The notes beneath the pieces are model-generated. The model worked only from the letters and a program-made list of their open reading frames with translations. It was not told where the DNA came from and did no database searches. This document shows positions 23,436 through 33,811 of a stretch of 64,000 nucleotides of DNA, piece by piece. Position numbers and translations under genes: made by a program. The DNA is from Candidatus Krumholzibacteriia bacterium (GTDB lineage Bacteria > Krumholzibacteriota > Krumholzibacteriia > JAJRXK01): contig JBGPIA010000017.1 of assembly GCA_041484665.1 (NCBI GenBank), forward strand, positions 47,178-111,177, written 5' to 3'. The number at the start of each line of letters is the position of its first letter. Position 1 is the stretch's first letter.

Positions 23436-25694
23436 ATGACCGCGTTCGATCACGAGGTGCGCGCAACCCAGGAGTGGTTCGACGGCCCCCGCTTCCGTGG
23501 GCTCGTCCGGCTGTACTCGGCCCGTCAGGTGGTGGAGCAGCGCGGCACCATCCGCATCGACTACGCGGTGGCCCGCGGCGCGGCGGAAGCGTTCTACCAC
23601 CGACTGCGCGAGCTATTCGTCCAGCGCAAGAGCATCACCACGTTCGGTCCCTACTCGCCGGGGCACGCTGTAACGATGAAGCGGATGGGGATCGAGGGGA
23701 TCTATCTGGGCGGCTGGGCCACCTCGGCCAAGGGCTCGGTCACCGAAGACCCGGGGCCGGACCTCGCCAGCTATCCGCTGAGCCAGGTACCGGACGAGGC
23801 GGCTGTGCTGGTGCGGGCTCTGTTGACCGCCGACCGCAATCAGCAGTACCTGCGCTCCCGCATGACGGCAGACAAGCAAGCAGTGACGCCGCAGGTCGAC
23901 TATCGACCGTTCATCATCTGCGACGCGGACACCGGCCATGGTGGCGATCCCCACGTGCGCAACCTCGTGCGGCGCTTTGTGGAGGTCGGCATTCCCGGAT
24001 ACCACATCGAGGATCAGCGCCCAGGCACCAAGAAGTGCGGACACCAGGGAGGCAAGGTGCTGGTGGCCGTTGACGAGCAGATCAAGCGGCTGAACTCCGC
24101 GCGGTTCCAGCTCGACGTCATGGAGGTGGCGGGCATCCTCGTGGCCCGTACCGACGCCGAGGCAGCCACGCTGCTCGAGACACGGGGGGACGAGCGGGAC
24201 CAACCCTTCATCCTCGGTGCCACGAACGTGCATGTCCCGACCTTCAAGACTGCCTACCTGGCGATGCTCAAGAGCTTCTACGAAGCTGGCGTGACCGAGC
24301 TCAACGGCCACCTGCTCTACGCTATTTCCGACGAGGAATACGCGCCGGCCGTGGACTGGTTGAAGCGAAGCAACGTGCTGAGCCTGCTCCACGACCGAGC
24401 GCATGCGCACCTGAAGGGCGGAAAGTTGACGGTGGACGCCGCCTTCGACGAAGTGGCGAACCGGCTCCTGGAAGTCTGGGAGGACGAAGCGGGGCTGGAG
24501 ACCTACGGCGGAGCCATCGCCGACGCGTTGGAGTTCCTCGCTAGCGAGGGCGAAGAGCTTCCCATCACCGTCGACGAGTGGAGAGCCTTCGCGAAGACGG
24601 CATCCCACCCGCGCGCCCAGGAGAAGGCGCGAGCGCTGGGCCTCAACGTCACCTGGGACTGCGAGCTGGCCAAGACACCCGAGGGCTACTACCAGATCCG
24701 TGGGGGCATCGACTACGCCATCGCCAAGTCGCTGGCCGCCGCGCCGTTCGCCGACATCCTGTGGATGGAGACGAAGACCGCCGATCTCGAGGACGCGCGC
24801 ACGTTCGCCAGTGCCATCCACGCCGAGTTCCCCGACAAGATGCTGGCTTACAACCTGTCCCCCTCGTTCAGTTGGGACACGACCGGCATGACCGACGACC
24901 AGATGCGCCATTTTCCCGAAGCGCTGGGCAAGCTGGGCTTCGTCTTCAACTTCATCACCTACGGCGGGCATCAGATCGACGGCGTGGCGGCCGAGGAGTT
25001 CGCCACGGCGCTCAAGCAGGACGGGATGCTGGCGCTCGCCAGGCTGCAGCGCAAGATCCGGCTGGTGGAGTCCCCCTATAAGACGCCCCAGACACTGGTG
25101 GGCGGGCCGCGCCTCGACGGCGCCCTGGTGGCCTCCTCGGGACGCACCGCCATGACCGGTGCCATGGGCAAGGGCTCGACGCAGCACCAGCACCTGGTGC
25201 AGACCGAGGTTCCCACCAGGCTGTTGGAGGAGTGGCTCGGTCTGTGGCACGACCACTACGCTCTGAAGCCGCAACTGCGGGTTCGCCTGCGTCCCCACCG
25301 CGCCGGGTCGGAGCTGCTGGAGCTGGGGATCTACGGGCAGACGGACGAGAAGCTGGCGAACGTGATCTTCGCTCCCATCCAGGATCGCCGGGGGCGCAAC
25401 ATCCTCTCGGTGCGCGATCAGAACACGTTCGAGCAGTCGCTGCGCAAGAAGCGGCTGATGACGCTCATCCACCTCTTCCTAGTGCATCGTTACAAGACCG
25501 ATTCGGTGCACTACGTGAGCCCCACGGAAGACAACCAGTACCAGACACAGAAGATGAAGGCCCACGGCATCTTCGCAGACGTGCACACCGAGGTGGGGCA
25601 GATCATCGTGGCCGCCGTGAATGCGGCGCGCATCACCGAGCTGTTGAATCCGGATCGGGAAGCGCTGAGGCGGTTGATCCGCAAAGAAAGCTGA
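23436..25694 (+). CDS. aceA: Isocitrate lyase, long ICL2 type
   Basis: [20 protein letters not shown], catalytic [23 protein letters not shown]; about 752 aa with a C-terminal extension; starts 2 bp after aceB. Confidence 0.95.
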   Translation: MTAFDHEVRATQEWFDGPRFRGLVRLYSARQVVEQRGTIRIDYAVARGAAEAFYHRLRELFVQRKSITTFGPYSPGHAVTMKRMGIEGIYLGGWATSAKGSVTEDPGPDLASYPLSQVPDEAAVLVRALLTADRNQQYLRSRMTADKQAVTPQVDYRPFIICDADTGHGGDPHVRNLVRRFVEVGIPGYHIEDQRPGTKKCGHQGGKVLVAVDEQIKRLNSARFQLDVMEVAGILVARTDAEAATLLETRGDERDQPFILGATNVHVPTFKTAYLAMLKSFYEAGVTELNGHLLYAISDEEYAPAVDWLKRSNVLSLLHDRAHAHLKGGKLTVDAAFDEVANRLLEVWEDEAGLETYGGAIADALEFLASEGEELPITVDEWRAFAKTASHPRAQEKARALGLNVTWDCELAKTPEGYYQIRGGIDYAIAKSLAAAPFADILWMETKTADLEDARTFASAIHAEFPDKMLAYNLSPSFSWDTTGMTDDQMRHFPEALGKLGFVFNFITYGGHQIDGVAAEEFATALKQDGMLALARLQRKIRLVESPYKTPQTLVGGPRLDGALVASSGRTAMTGAMGKGSTQHQHLVQTEVPTRLLEEWLGLWHDHYALKPQLRVRLRPHRAGSELLELGIYGQTDEKLANVIFAPIQDRRGRNILSVRDQNTFEQSLRKKRLMTLIHLFLVHRYKTDSVHYVSPTEDNQYQTQKMKAHGIFADVHTEVGQIIVAAVNAARITELLNPDREALRRLIRKES

Positions 25695-25696
25695 GC

Positions 25697-26006
25697 ATGG
25701 CGATCTGCACGACCAACGCCAACGAGTCGATCAGCGCGCAGCTCTGCAAGGCGACCAAGAGCCGCGACGCTTTCCCGGGTGCAGACGGGGGAAGCGGCCT
25801 CAGGCGGGCGGGCTGGGGCTCAGGAGGCCGGGCCCGGAGAGGCGGTTCCGAGAGCGCACGCGACAAGACCGCCGATTGGCTCGAGCGCCCTGCGCGGACT
25901 CACTTTGGTGGGCGAGCCGCCCGGAGCGCTGGGCGATCGTGGCGGGGTCACACATCCAGAATCACACAATAGCGTCCGCGAACACACAATCAGTGTTGAC
26001 GCCGCC
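25697..26006 (+). mobile_element. Degenerate IS256-family remnant (transposase C-terminal fragment plus terminal-repeat-like end)
   Basis: AICTTNANESISAQLCKATKSRDAFP resembles the IS256 motif IYTTNxIESLNxxLRKxTKxRxxFP; cacacaatcagtgttgacgccgcc resembles IS256 right ends. Confidence 0.55.
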
Positions 26007-26213
26007 ACTGCACGGCCGAGTCTTACGCAAGAGGGTGGAGTGATCTGCCGCTCCGCCGCACGACTGCACGCCGAGCCCTCCACTCCACCTCGTCCTTGAC
26101 CCCGCGGCAGAGGCGAACGCCACCTCCTTTGCCCCGCGCCGCTCTGTTCCCGTTGCGCTCTCGCGCGAAGGTCAGGGGCGATCATTCCCGGTCGGTTTGA
26201 GGAGGTTCCGACC

Positions 26214-27585
26214 ATGAAACGTAGAATCGCTCTGATGTGCATCGGATTGGGTGCGGTCGTGGGGCTCTTGGGCTGTGGCGAGACCGAGGAGACTCTTGGG
26301 CCGGCCGAGCCGGCGATCGCTAATTCGGCCATGAACGTGAGCAACACCGGCACCGGCCCAGAGCCGGTGACCGTGCTCCTGATCGCTGGTGCGATGACGA
26401 GAGTCGGAAGCGTCGGGTGCTGGATCGAGGGAGGCAGCTTGTACGTCAGGTACTCCGTCGAGGGAGGATGGTACCTCAGGGCGACCGACCTGGCGGTGGC
26501 GGCGAGCCTGAGCGGCATCCCCATACACCCCTCCGGCAAGCCTGCGCTGAGGCGGTTTCCGCTGAGGGCATCGCACCTGCCTCGCGTTGCCGAGTACACC
26601 TACCTGCTGAACCTGACTCAGTTCGGCCTGAGCCAGGCCGCGACGATCACGTTTGCCGCCCACGCCGAGGTCGTGCGCATCAACACGGCGGGGTGGGTAG
26701 TCGGCAAGAAGGACGCGTGGGGGCAGGGGCAGCGGTTCCCCCGCGACACGCGCGGCAGGCATCCTGACGCGGCCGCTAACGTGACTGCCAACGAAACCGA
26801 TGACGCGACGGCTGACCTGATCGGGCGAAGGGCCACGTACTTCGTCCTGGATACCCTGCAACTCAAGGGGTTGATCCTCTGGAACAGGCTGGGGTCAGCC
26901 GTCGAGATCACCGGGAGTGCCTATGGTCCGGATGGCGTCATCACCGGTGTTCTGGACTACCTCCCCTGCGCGTACGGCAATGGGTTTAAGGCCCACCCAC
27001 GCGCGGGCGATCACAACATCCCAGACAACTTCGTGGACTTCGGCGGCCTGGGTCTCCAGCAGCGAGGGTGCCTGGAGTTCTGGTACCGCGCGAATTGGAA
27101 CGACCCCTCCGTGGGGCACGTCGTTGACCAACTCCAGTACGGCTCCCCGGGGAAGGGCACCATCTACAACCTCGCGATGCAGTTCAATGACTGGCAGGAT
27201 TTGCTGAACATCGCGTGGGAAGATGATCCACTGTTGGGCACCGTCTGGGTGCAAGTCAGTTGCCAGCCGTCTGGGATACCGGAGTGGTCCACCACGCAAC
27301 CGATGCACTTCGCAATCGTCTGGGACGGCACGCAGCCAGTGGTGACCCAGCGCCTCAGGGTCTTCATCAATGGACAGGACGTCGCCACGCTGGGGGCGAC
27401 ATACTATTATGGCCGGCGACCCACGCATGGCCAACCATCCCGGCGACGACGTGCTGCGGTTGGCCAGCCGTCTCAACCCCGGTGATTGGGATCGCCATCC
27501 CTGGGTTGCGGACCACGACATCTACGACAACCTGAAGATCTGGAACTACCCGAAGGCCGACTTCTCGGACCGGTTCCAGGAGTAG
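26214..27585 (+). pseudogene. Lipoprotein with LamG/ConA-like C-terminal domain, frameshifted near 27412
   Basis: Lipobox LLGC; GCLEFWY and HFAIVWDG...LRVFING; the LamG end (YDNLKIWNY) lies in another frame ending at 27585. Confidence 0.7.
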
Positions 27586-27599
27586 CGCGATGCGCGGGG

Positions 27600-27746
27600 C
27601 GGAGAGGGGGTCTTATCGCGCGCGCCAAACCACCTCTCCGCGCCCGGCGTTCGGAGCCCCCCACCGAGCCCCCGACCGCCTGCCTCACGGCCCTTTTTCC
27701 ATCGCTGCTTCTCGCGACGACTCGGCGCATCCAGCCGTTGCTGTGA
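27600..27746 (-). repeat. Diverged copy of the IS91-like terminal region at 63344-63474
   Basis: Shared blocks aaccac.tctccg.gcccggc, gagcccccgaccgcctg, ccatcgc and ctcggcgca.ccagccg in the same order. Confidence 0.65.
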
Positions 27747-27791
27747 GCGCCGCTGACGCTGCTCGCCGCGCCTTCGCCGTCTCAGATCCCC

Positions 27792-30005
27792 TTATTGCCC
27801 TCCCAGCCGCCGCAGCCCCTCGGCGGCCGCCTGTGCCTCTTCGGACCGCTGAGACGCGCGCGCCAGACACCGCCCGTACTCGGCACGGGCGCTGTCCGCC
27901 AGCCCCTCACTCTCGTAGTACTTCCCCAGCTCGAGCCGGATCACCGACTCATAATACGGTGTCTGTGGGAGCTGGGGAGAGCGCTCCGCGCTTTCGAGCA
28001 GACTACGCGCCTGTTGCGCATCGCCCCGCTGCTGCAGGAACTTCGCGAATTCATAGGCGAGCTCGGGATTGGCGTGCGAGACCCCCATCCCGAGCTCGAA
28101 CTGGCGCCGTGCCTCATCATCGTGTCCAAGCTGGGCGTGCGCGCGAGCGGTCAGCACGTAGGTCCAGGCCCACTCGTAACGCTCCCGCACCAGCGGCTCG
28201 AGAACCTCCAGGCACTGCTGATAGCGCTTCGCGGTGTAGTAGCCGCGTCCCAGTAGATACGTGAAGAAGCGATTCTCGGGATAGAGCCCCCTCAGCTCCG
28301 TCGCGACGCGGATGATCTGCTCGGGATCGAGTGAGACAACAGCCGCGATGAGATCCAGCTGGAGCCCCTCGCGCCGGCTGGCTCGATTGCGCAGTCGGTG
28401 TCCTGCCTGGAGGCTGCCATTGAGCTGCGTTTCGTCCTCCAGGTTCCAGTAGCAGCCGGTCAGGTCGATGCGGGCGGCGACGAAGGTGCTGTCGAGCCCC
28501 AGCGTTTGCTCGTAGTACCGAGCGGCCTCCGCCCAGTGCGACGCAACGAACGCCTGACGACCGCTGAGGAAGAGCCGGTAGGCATCGACTGAGGAAGTGG
28601 TGATTTCACGCAGCCACTGATCTCCGGTCTCGAGGCCGATCAGATCGACCTCCAGCGCGGTTTGCAAGCCCTTGATCAGGCCTCCCGCCAGCCGGAATAG
28701 GTCGTCCCCCACCCCGCCTTCAACCCATTCGGAATGCAGAACGCGACCACTCTTCACTTCGATCACGCGACCCTGGATCCGCAGGCGGCCACCGGAACGC
28801 ACTACACTCCCCACCACGGCGCGCCCGATGCCGGAGCGCTTCAACGACTCGAATGAGGCCGCTCGATTGGACCTGTCGCCGGCCGTGGGCCGGAGGTTGG
28901 CGAGGCGCTGCGGGTCATACACATCCAGATCCTCGGAGCGCGACAGCGCGGTGCCAAGCAGCTCGGCGAGCCCGCGTTCCATCCAGTCGAACGAGGCATC
29001 TCCCGTGACGTTCTCGAACTCCAGCACCGCGACGGAGTGCTCGCGCTGCTGCGCCGGGGCCGTCGCGGCCCGCTGACGCACAAGACGGGAAGCTCCCAGC
29101 GCGAGGATGGCCAGTGCCGAAACGAGAAGCACGATCCGCACCCGACGCGCGACGCTCAGCGCACCGGCTCGCTTTGGCACAGCGCTCCCGGCAGTTGCGT
29201 CTCTTGACGTGAGTACAGCTGCCACTGCCCCGGCATCAGGAAAACGGCGAGCGGGGTCCTTCTCCAGGCACCTGCGCACCACCGTTTCGAGGCTCCGGCT
29301 CGCGGGAGGGAGCGTCCCCGGGAACGGCGGCGGCTCCTCGTTGAGGATTGCGTGCAACGTCGCGGCGGGCGTGGGTCGCTCAAATGGCAGGCGGCCGGTC
29401 AACGACTCGTAGAGCACGACCCCAAGCGAGAACAGATCCGATCGCGCGTTGGCCGGTGCCCCCCGCAGCACCTCGGGCGCCATGTAGGCGAGCGTTCCCA
29501 CCGTGGCCTCGCCGAAGCGGGTGACCCGCGTGTCCTGTTCGCGCAGGGCCAGCCCGAAGTCCACGAGTCGCGGGACGTCGTTCTTGCCCACCAGGATGTT
29601 GCTGCTCTTGACGTCGCGGTGGACGATCCCACGCTCGTGGGCGGCGCCGAGCCCCTCGGCGATACGTGGTAGCAGCACCGCGGCCCGGCTCGGCGGGAGC
29701 GGTCCCTCCCTGAGGATTGCCGCGAGGGAGGGCCCCTCCACGAAGGCCAGCACCATAAAGTGCTGTCCTTCGTCTTCCTCGAGCCCATGCACGATGCCGA
29801 CGTAGGGGTGATCGAGCGCCGCGAGCGAGCGCGCCTCGCGCTCGAAGCGGCGCCGTATCTCGGGGTCGCCGAGCAGCTCGCCCCGGATGAACTTGAGAGC
29901 AACGGTGCGACCGAGCTTCAGGTCGTCGGCGCGGTACACCTCGCCCATGCCACCCGCACCGAGTTTCCCGGTGATCCGGTAGTTCCCGAGTGTCTTGCCG
30001 ATCAC
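27792..30005 (-). CDS. Ser/Thr protein kinase with TM, TolB-N/FlgO-like and TPR domains
   Basis: GAGGMGEVY, VALK, HRDVKSSN, DFGLA, YMAPE; TM segment; SVAVLEFENVTGD; TPR helices. Probable GTG start at 30005. Confidence 0.92.
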   Translation of the reverse strand: MIGKTLGNYRITGKLGAGGMGEVYRADDLKLGRTVALKFIRGELLGDPEIRRRFEREARSLAALDHPYVGIVHGLEEDEGQHFMVLAFVEGPSLAAILREGPLPPSRAAVLLPRIAEGLGAAHERGIVHRDVKSSNILVGKNDVPRLVDFGLALREQDTRVTRFGEATVGTLAYMAPEVLRGAPANARSDLFSLGVVLYESLTGRLPFERPTPAATLHAILNEEPPPFPGTLPPASRSLETVVRRCLEKDPARRFPDAGAVAAVLTSRDATAGSAVPKRAGALSVARRVRIVLLVSALAILALGASRLVRQRAATAPAQQREHSVAVLEFENVTGDASFDWMERGLAELLGTALSRSEDLDVYDPQRLANLRPTAGDRSNRAASFESLKRSGIGRAVVGSVVRSGGRLRIQGRVIEVKSGRVLHSEWVEGGVGDDLFRLAGGLIKGLQTALEVDLIGLETGDQWLREITTSSVDAYRLFLSGRQAFVASHWAEAARYYEQTLGLDSTFVAARIDLTGCYWNLEDETQLNGSLQAGHRLRNRASRREGLQLDLIAAVVSLDPEQIIRVATELRGLYPENRFFTYLLGRGYYTAKRYQQCLEVLEPLVRERYEWAWTYVLTARAHAQLGHDDEARRQFELGMGVSHANPELAYEFAKFLQQRGDAQQARSLLESAERSPQLPQTPYYESVIRLELGKYYESEGLADSARAEYGRCLARASQRSEEAQAAAEGLRRLGGQ

Positions 30006-30625
30006 TGGGGCGTCATCCTCGCGAGCGGCGAGTCTCACAAGTCATGAGACGGTCCCTTCCTGAGACGGTCCCTCGTGGAGGCATCCTATCAGCGGACAGC
30101 CCATTCTATCCATGCCGCATCGACGATACTCCCCGCGCGGTGTCGTCGTGTATGCACCCGCCGGCGAGCCGGTGCGGCCAGGCGCAACCGCCCTTGGTGG
30201 AGATCGACACGTCAGCCCGTTTGGCAGCGGACCATGCGAGCTGGGCCCTGGCTGTGGCTCGTCGGCGACCACGCCCACGCGCACCGGCTGGGCATCCATT
30301 TCTACGGTGTGCCGCTGACGCAGGACAGCGCCTCGCCGGTGTTCCACGGCTGTCGAGGATGGGCGTGCACCCGGGCGAGCTCGCAGTCGACGAGTCCGTC
30401 GCGACCGGCGAAGCGTTTCAGTCGAAGTGGCGGTCCATCGCGGAGCCGATACCGCGCGCACGGCCGATCAACTCGAGCAGGCGGGCGACTCTTGGGGACT
30501 GGCCTCGCCGCTGCATCGAACGACGAACGACGGGCCCGGCTGCGAGACAACGACCCTGCGCTTCTTCGCTCCGATTTCCGAAAGCGAAAGGGCCAGCGAG
30601 CCCGATCCGGCAGAAGCTACTGTCG

Positions 30626-31384
30626 TCATCCATGGCCCTCGCGACTGCGTGCGGACTGGTCGCTCATCTTCTGGAAGGGCCTGATGTGGAGGTCCGTCGT
30701 TTCCGCCGTCCTGGGTGCGACGAGAGCGGTCAGGATGGCGTCGGAGATGTCGGACGGCTGCAGGAGCCGCTCGGGATAGTACGCACGCGACTCCCAACGG
30801 TGAATGGCCTCCTGCATGGGAGTCGCGGTGCGACCGGGGTAGACGGAGATGACCCGGATGCCTTGGCGGTTGACCTCTTCCCGCAGGCAGTCGGCCAGCG
30901 CCCTGAGGCCGGCTTTCGACGACGCGTAGGGACCGGTGTTCGGAGTGGGGCGATTGGCCGCGCCGGAGTTGATGAAGACGATCTGTCCACGAGCAGCCTC
31001 CAGAAGTGGCAGCAGCCCCCGGGTGAGGAGGAACGGAGCCCTGACGTTGACCCGCATCTGGGCGTCGAACTCCTCGATTGTCGTGTGCTCGATCCGCGCG
31101 TGGCCGATGACGCCGGCGGAGTGGATCAGCAGATCCAGTGACGATAGGTTGCTCGTGAGCTCCTCGAGTAGCTTGGAGATCCGATCGTCGTCCCGGAGAT
31201 CCACGCGATGTCGATGAACCGGCGTCTTCGATGCTTCTGCGAGCCTCTCAAGCTCGGGCAGGGGATCGGTCCTTCTGCCCAACAGATGGAGGGTCACGCC
31301 TCGGCGGAGAAGGTCCACCGCAACGGCATGACCGATCCCGCTGCTCGCCCCGGTGACGACTGCAATCTTGCCCTGGAGGTCCAT
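30626..31384 (-). CDS. Short-chain dehydrogenase/reductase (SDR)
   Basis: TGASSGIG Rossmann motif, HSAG, catalytic YASSK. Confidence 0.9.
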   Translation of the reverse strand: MDLQGKIAVVTGASSGIGHAVAVDLLRRGVTLHLLGRRTDPLPELERLAEASKTPVHRHRVDLRDDDRISKLLEELTSNLSSLDLLIHSAGVIGHARIEHTTIEEFDAQMRVNVRAPFLLTRGLLPLLEAARGQIVFINSGAANRPTPNTGPYASSKAGLRALADCLREEVNRQGIRVISVYPGRTATPMQEAIHRWESRAYYPERLLQPSDISDAILTALVAPRTAETTDLHIRPFQKMSDQSARSREGHG

Positions 31385-31818
31385 AGTCTTCCAAGCGTGT
31401 CGGCCCCTGGACCTCACTTTCGAAATGCGCGTTCTATCGATGTTCGGCTCATGGAGTCTAGACGATTCATCCCCCTGCAAGCCAGGCGATTCGGGGCCTG
31501 CCCCGCCCGCACAGCCCACCGCCGGACTCGCAGTCGCGAGAGCGGGTCGGTGACGATGGCGCGCGCGTGAGCATGGAAGTTGGCGCCATGGCTGCTCAAG
31601 GTCTGTAGGGCGGCCACCATTCCCACCGACAGCCGTGGATCGTCGAACTGCGCGGGGACCGTCCGCTGCACGCGGGCGTGGGCGCAGCGGCTCCGAAGCG
31701 AGAGCAACCGCCGCTCGCGCGCGAATCGCCCCCGCAGCGCTTGGCACGCGGCAGCGCCCCGGCCTGCCGGCGCGGGAGCGCTCTCGTCCACCGTAGGAGG
31801 TCAGAACGCGTATTCCAA

Positions 31819-32601
31819 CTACCCACCCTGGAAGTAGCGCGTTGGAGTCGTGCCCAGTTGCTTGCGGAACATGGATATGAACGCGCTCGTGCTGTTGTAG
31901 CCCGCGTCCAGCGCGGCTCCCGTCACTTTCTCCCCGGACGCGAGTTTCTGCATGGCATACAGCAGCCGCAACTGCTGGCGCCACTTCCCGAAACTCATCT
32001 TCGTTTCCGCCAGGAAGAGCCGCTCGATGGTTCTCTTGCTCGCTCCACAGTCCTTCGCGAGTGTCTCAAGAGTCCTTCGGTCGGCAGGATCGGCCAGCAG
32101 GGCTCGGGCGACTCCCATGGCCCTCGGATCGGACGGGTGCGGCAGCTGCAGGGGAACGGAATGCGCCGCTTCCAATTGATCGAGGATGATCCCCATGATC
32201 CTGCTGTGCGCGGGTGTCTTCCGGTTCAACTTCGGGAACCTGCAGGCATGCAGGATCAGCTCCTTCAGCAACGGCGATACGTTCAGGACCGAGCACTTCC
32301 CAGGGAGGTTTCGCACCAGCCGGGGCAGGAAGTACAGCGTCCTCATCGAAACGGCGCCCGACATTGCCACCGAGTGCGGCGTTCTGGCCGGAATCCACAC
32401 CGCCCGCAGGGGCGGCACGACCCAGATGCCTTGTTGCGTGCTGACCGTCATCACGCCTCTCGAAGCAAAGACCAGTTGATCCTCCGGATGGTAATGCTCG
32501 GGGATCATGTGTCCGTCCTCGCAGTCGAACGACACGCTGGCAATCTGGGACAGCACGCGGCCCCGCCCGTCGAGAAGGATGCTGTGGCACTTGTGCGACA
32601 T
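31819..32601 (-). CDS. AraC-family transcriptional regulator (cupin plus HTH, NimR-like)
   Basis: HYHPEDQL, WVVPPLRAVWIP, WRQQLRL, GYNSTSAFISMFRKQLGTTP. Confidence 0.92.
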   Translation of the reverse strand: MSHKCHSILLDGRGRVLSQIASVSFDCEDGHMIPEHYHPEDQLVFASRGVMTVSTQQGIWVVPPLRAVWIPARTPHSVAMSGAVSMRTLYFLPRLVRNLPGKCSVLNVSPLLKELILHACRFPKLNRKTPAHSRIMGIILDQLEAAHSVPLQLPHPSDPRAMGVARALLADPADRRTLETLAKDCGASKRTIERLFLAETKMSFGKWRQQLRLLYAMQKLASGEKVTGAALDAGYNSTSAFISMFRKQLGTTPTRYFQGG

Positions 32602-32684
32602 TTCTTGTCACAATAGCGAGAGAAAGAGGGCCGAGCAAGTGCTACTCCTCGAGGACGCCAATCGTCGAAACCATCGGAGGCTCT

Positions 32685-33263
32685 ATGATCCGCTCGCTGG
32701 TCCTCGGCACGATCCTGGGTGGCCTCACCGCCTTTCTCTGGAGCACCATCTCCTGGGAGCTGCTGCGCTGGCACGAGAAATCGCTGCTCACCTTCCGGAA
32801 TGAAGATGAGGTTGCGGCCGTTGTTGCGTCCCACATCAAGCAGTCCGGCGTCTACCTCCTTCCCGCCGGCCCAGAGCAGGACGGCATGGCGCCCGGCCAG
32901 AAGAAGGCCGCCCAGGCCGCGCTCATGCAGAAGATGCGAACGGGGCCGATCCTGTTTGCCGCCGTGCGGCGCGGGGGTTTCGGGTCCTTCGCGCGGGGCC
33001 TGGTGATCCAGCTCTTGTCCCTGATGGCCGCCGCCTTCCTGCTCACGTGGCTCCTCCTGCAGACAAGCGGCCTGCGGTACGCACGGCGCGCCCTCTTCCT
33101 TGGTGTGGCCGGACTGGCCGCAAGCGTCATCGTCGATCTCCCCAACTGGAACTGGTGGGGCTTCTCCGGCGCCTACACCGCCATGAATCTCGTCGATTTC
33201 ACGCTCACCTGGCTCTTCGCCGGGCTGATCATCGCCAAGGTCGCCAAGCCCCGAACCGTCTGA
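32685..33263 (+). CDS. Hypothetical integral membrane protein
   Basis: About four hydrophobic helices; divergent from the AraC gene; GGAGG RBS. Confidence 0.75.
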   Translation: MIRSLVLGTILGGLTAFLWSTISWELLRWHEKSLLTFRNEDEVAAVVASHIKQSGVYLLPAGPEQDGMAPGQKKAAQAALMQKMRTGPILFAAVRRGGFGSFARGLVIQLLSLMAAAFLLTWLLLQTSGLRYARRALFLGVAGLAASVIVDLPNWNWWGFSGAYTAMNLVDFTLTWLFAGLIIAKVAKPRTV

Positions 33264-33294
33264 CGGGGGCCGACCCTCACCCAGGGAGGATGGA

Positions 33295-33681
33295 ATGCTC
33301 AAGTTGAAGAATGTCGTGGCGTTTCTCGTGACCGCGAAGCCCGAGCAAGCGATCGCGTTCTACCGCGACACCCTCCGCTTCAATTTCTTGAACGACGATG
33401 GCTTCTCGTTGGTCTTCGATGCCCATGGCACCCTGCTGCGCATCGGCAAGGCCGCGGCGCACACGCCGCCCCAGAACACGGTCCTGGGGTGGGAGGTCGC
33501 GGACATCTACGATGCGATCTCACAGTTGCGTCAGTGGGGCGCCAGCTTCGAACGCCATCCGCATATGCCCCAGGACGAGAGTGGCGTCTGGACCGCCCCC
33601 AACGGCGACAAGGTTGCCTGGTTCAAAGACCCCGCTGGGAACTTCCTCTCCCTCTCCCAACACCACTATGGGAAGGAGTGA
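33295..33681 (+). CDS. VOC/glyoxalase family protein
   Basis: AIAFYRDTL and VAWFKDPAGNFLSL. Confidence 0.88.
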   Translation: MLKLKNVVAFLVTAKPEQAIAFYRDTLRFNFLNDDGFSLVFDAHGTLLRIGKAAAHTPPQNTVLGWEVADIYDAISQLRQWGASFERHPHMPQDESGVWTAPNGDKVAWFKDPAGNFLSLSQHHYGKE

Positions 33682-33811
33682 CACGTTCATCCAGCGGGGC
33701 GACCCGTGCGCTCTCGCGCGGACGCGCGTGGATCGAATGCCCCCTCAGACCACCCCGCATTGGACCTGCTCCCGAACGCTGGTCGGCGCAGGTCGCCCCA
33801 CAGGGGCCACC

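Noticed and set aside
30050..30620. ORFs 30075-30779 and 29990-31141
   Set aside because: No recognisable motifs, and they overlap the SDR gene antisense.
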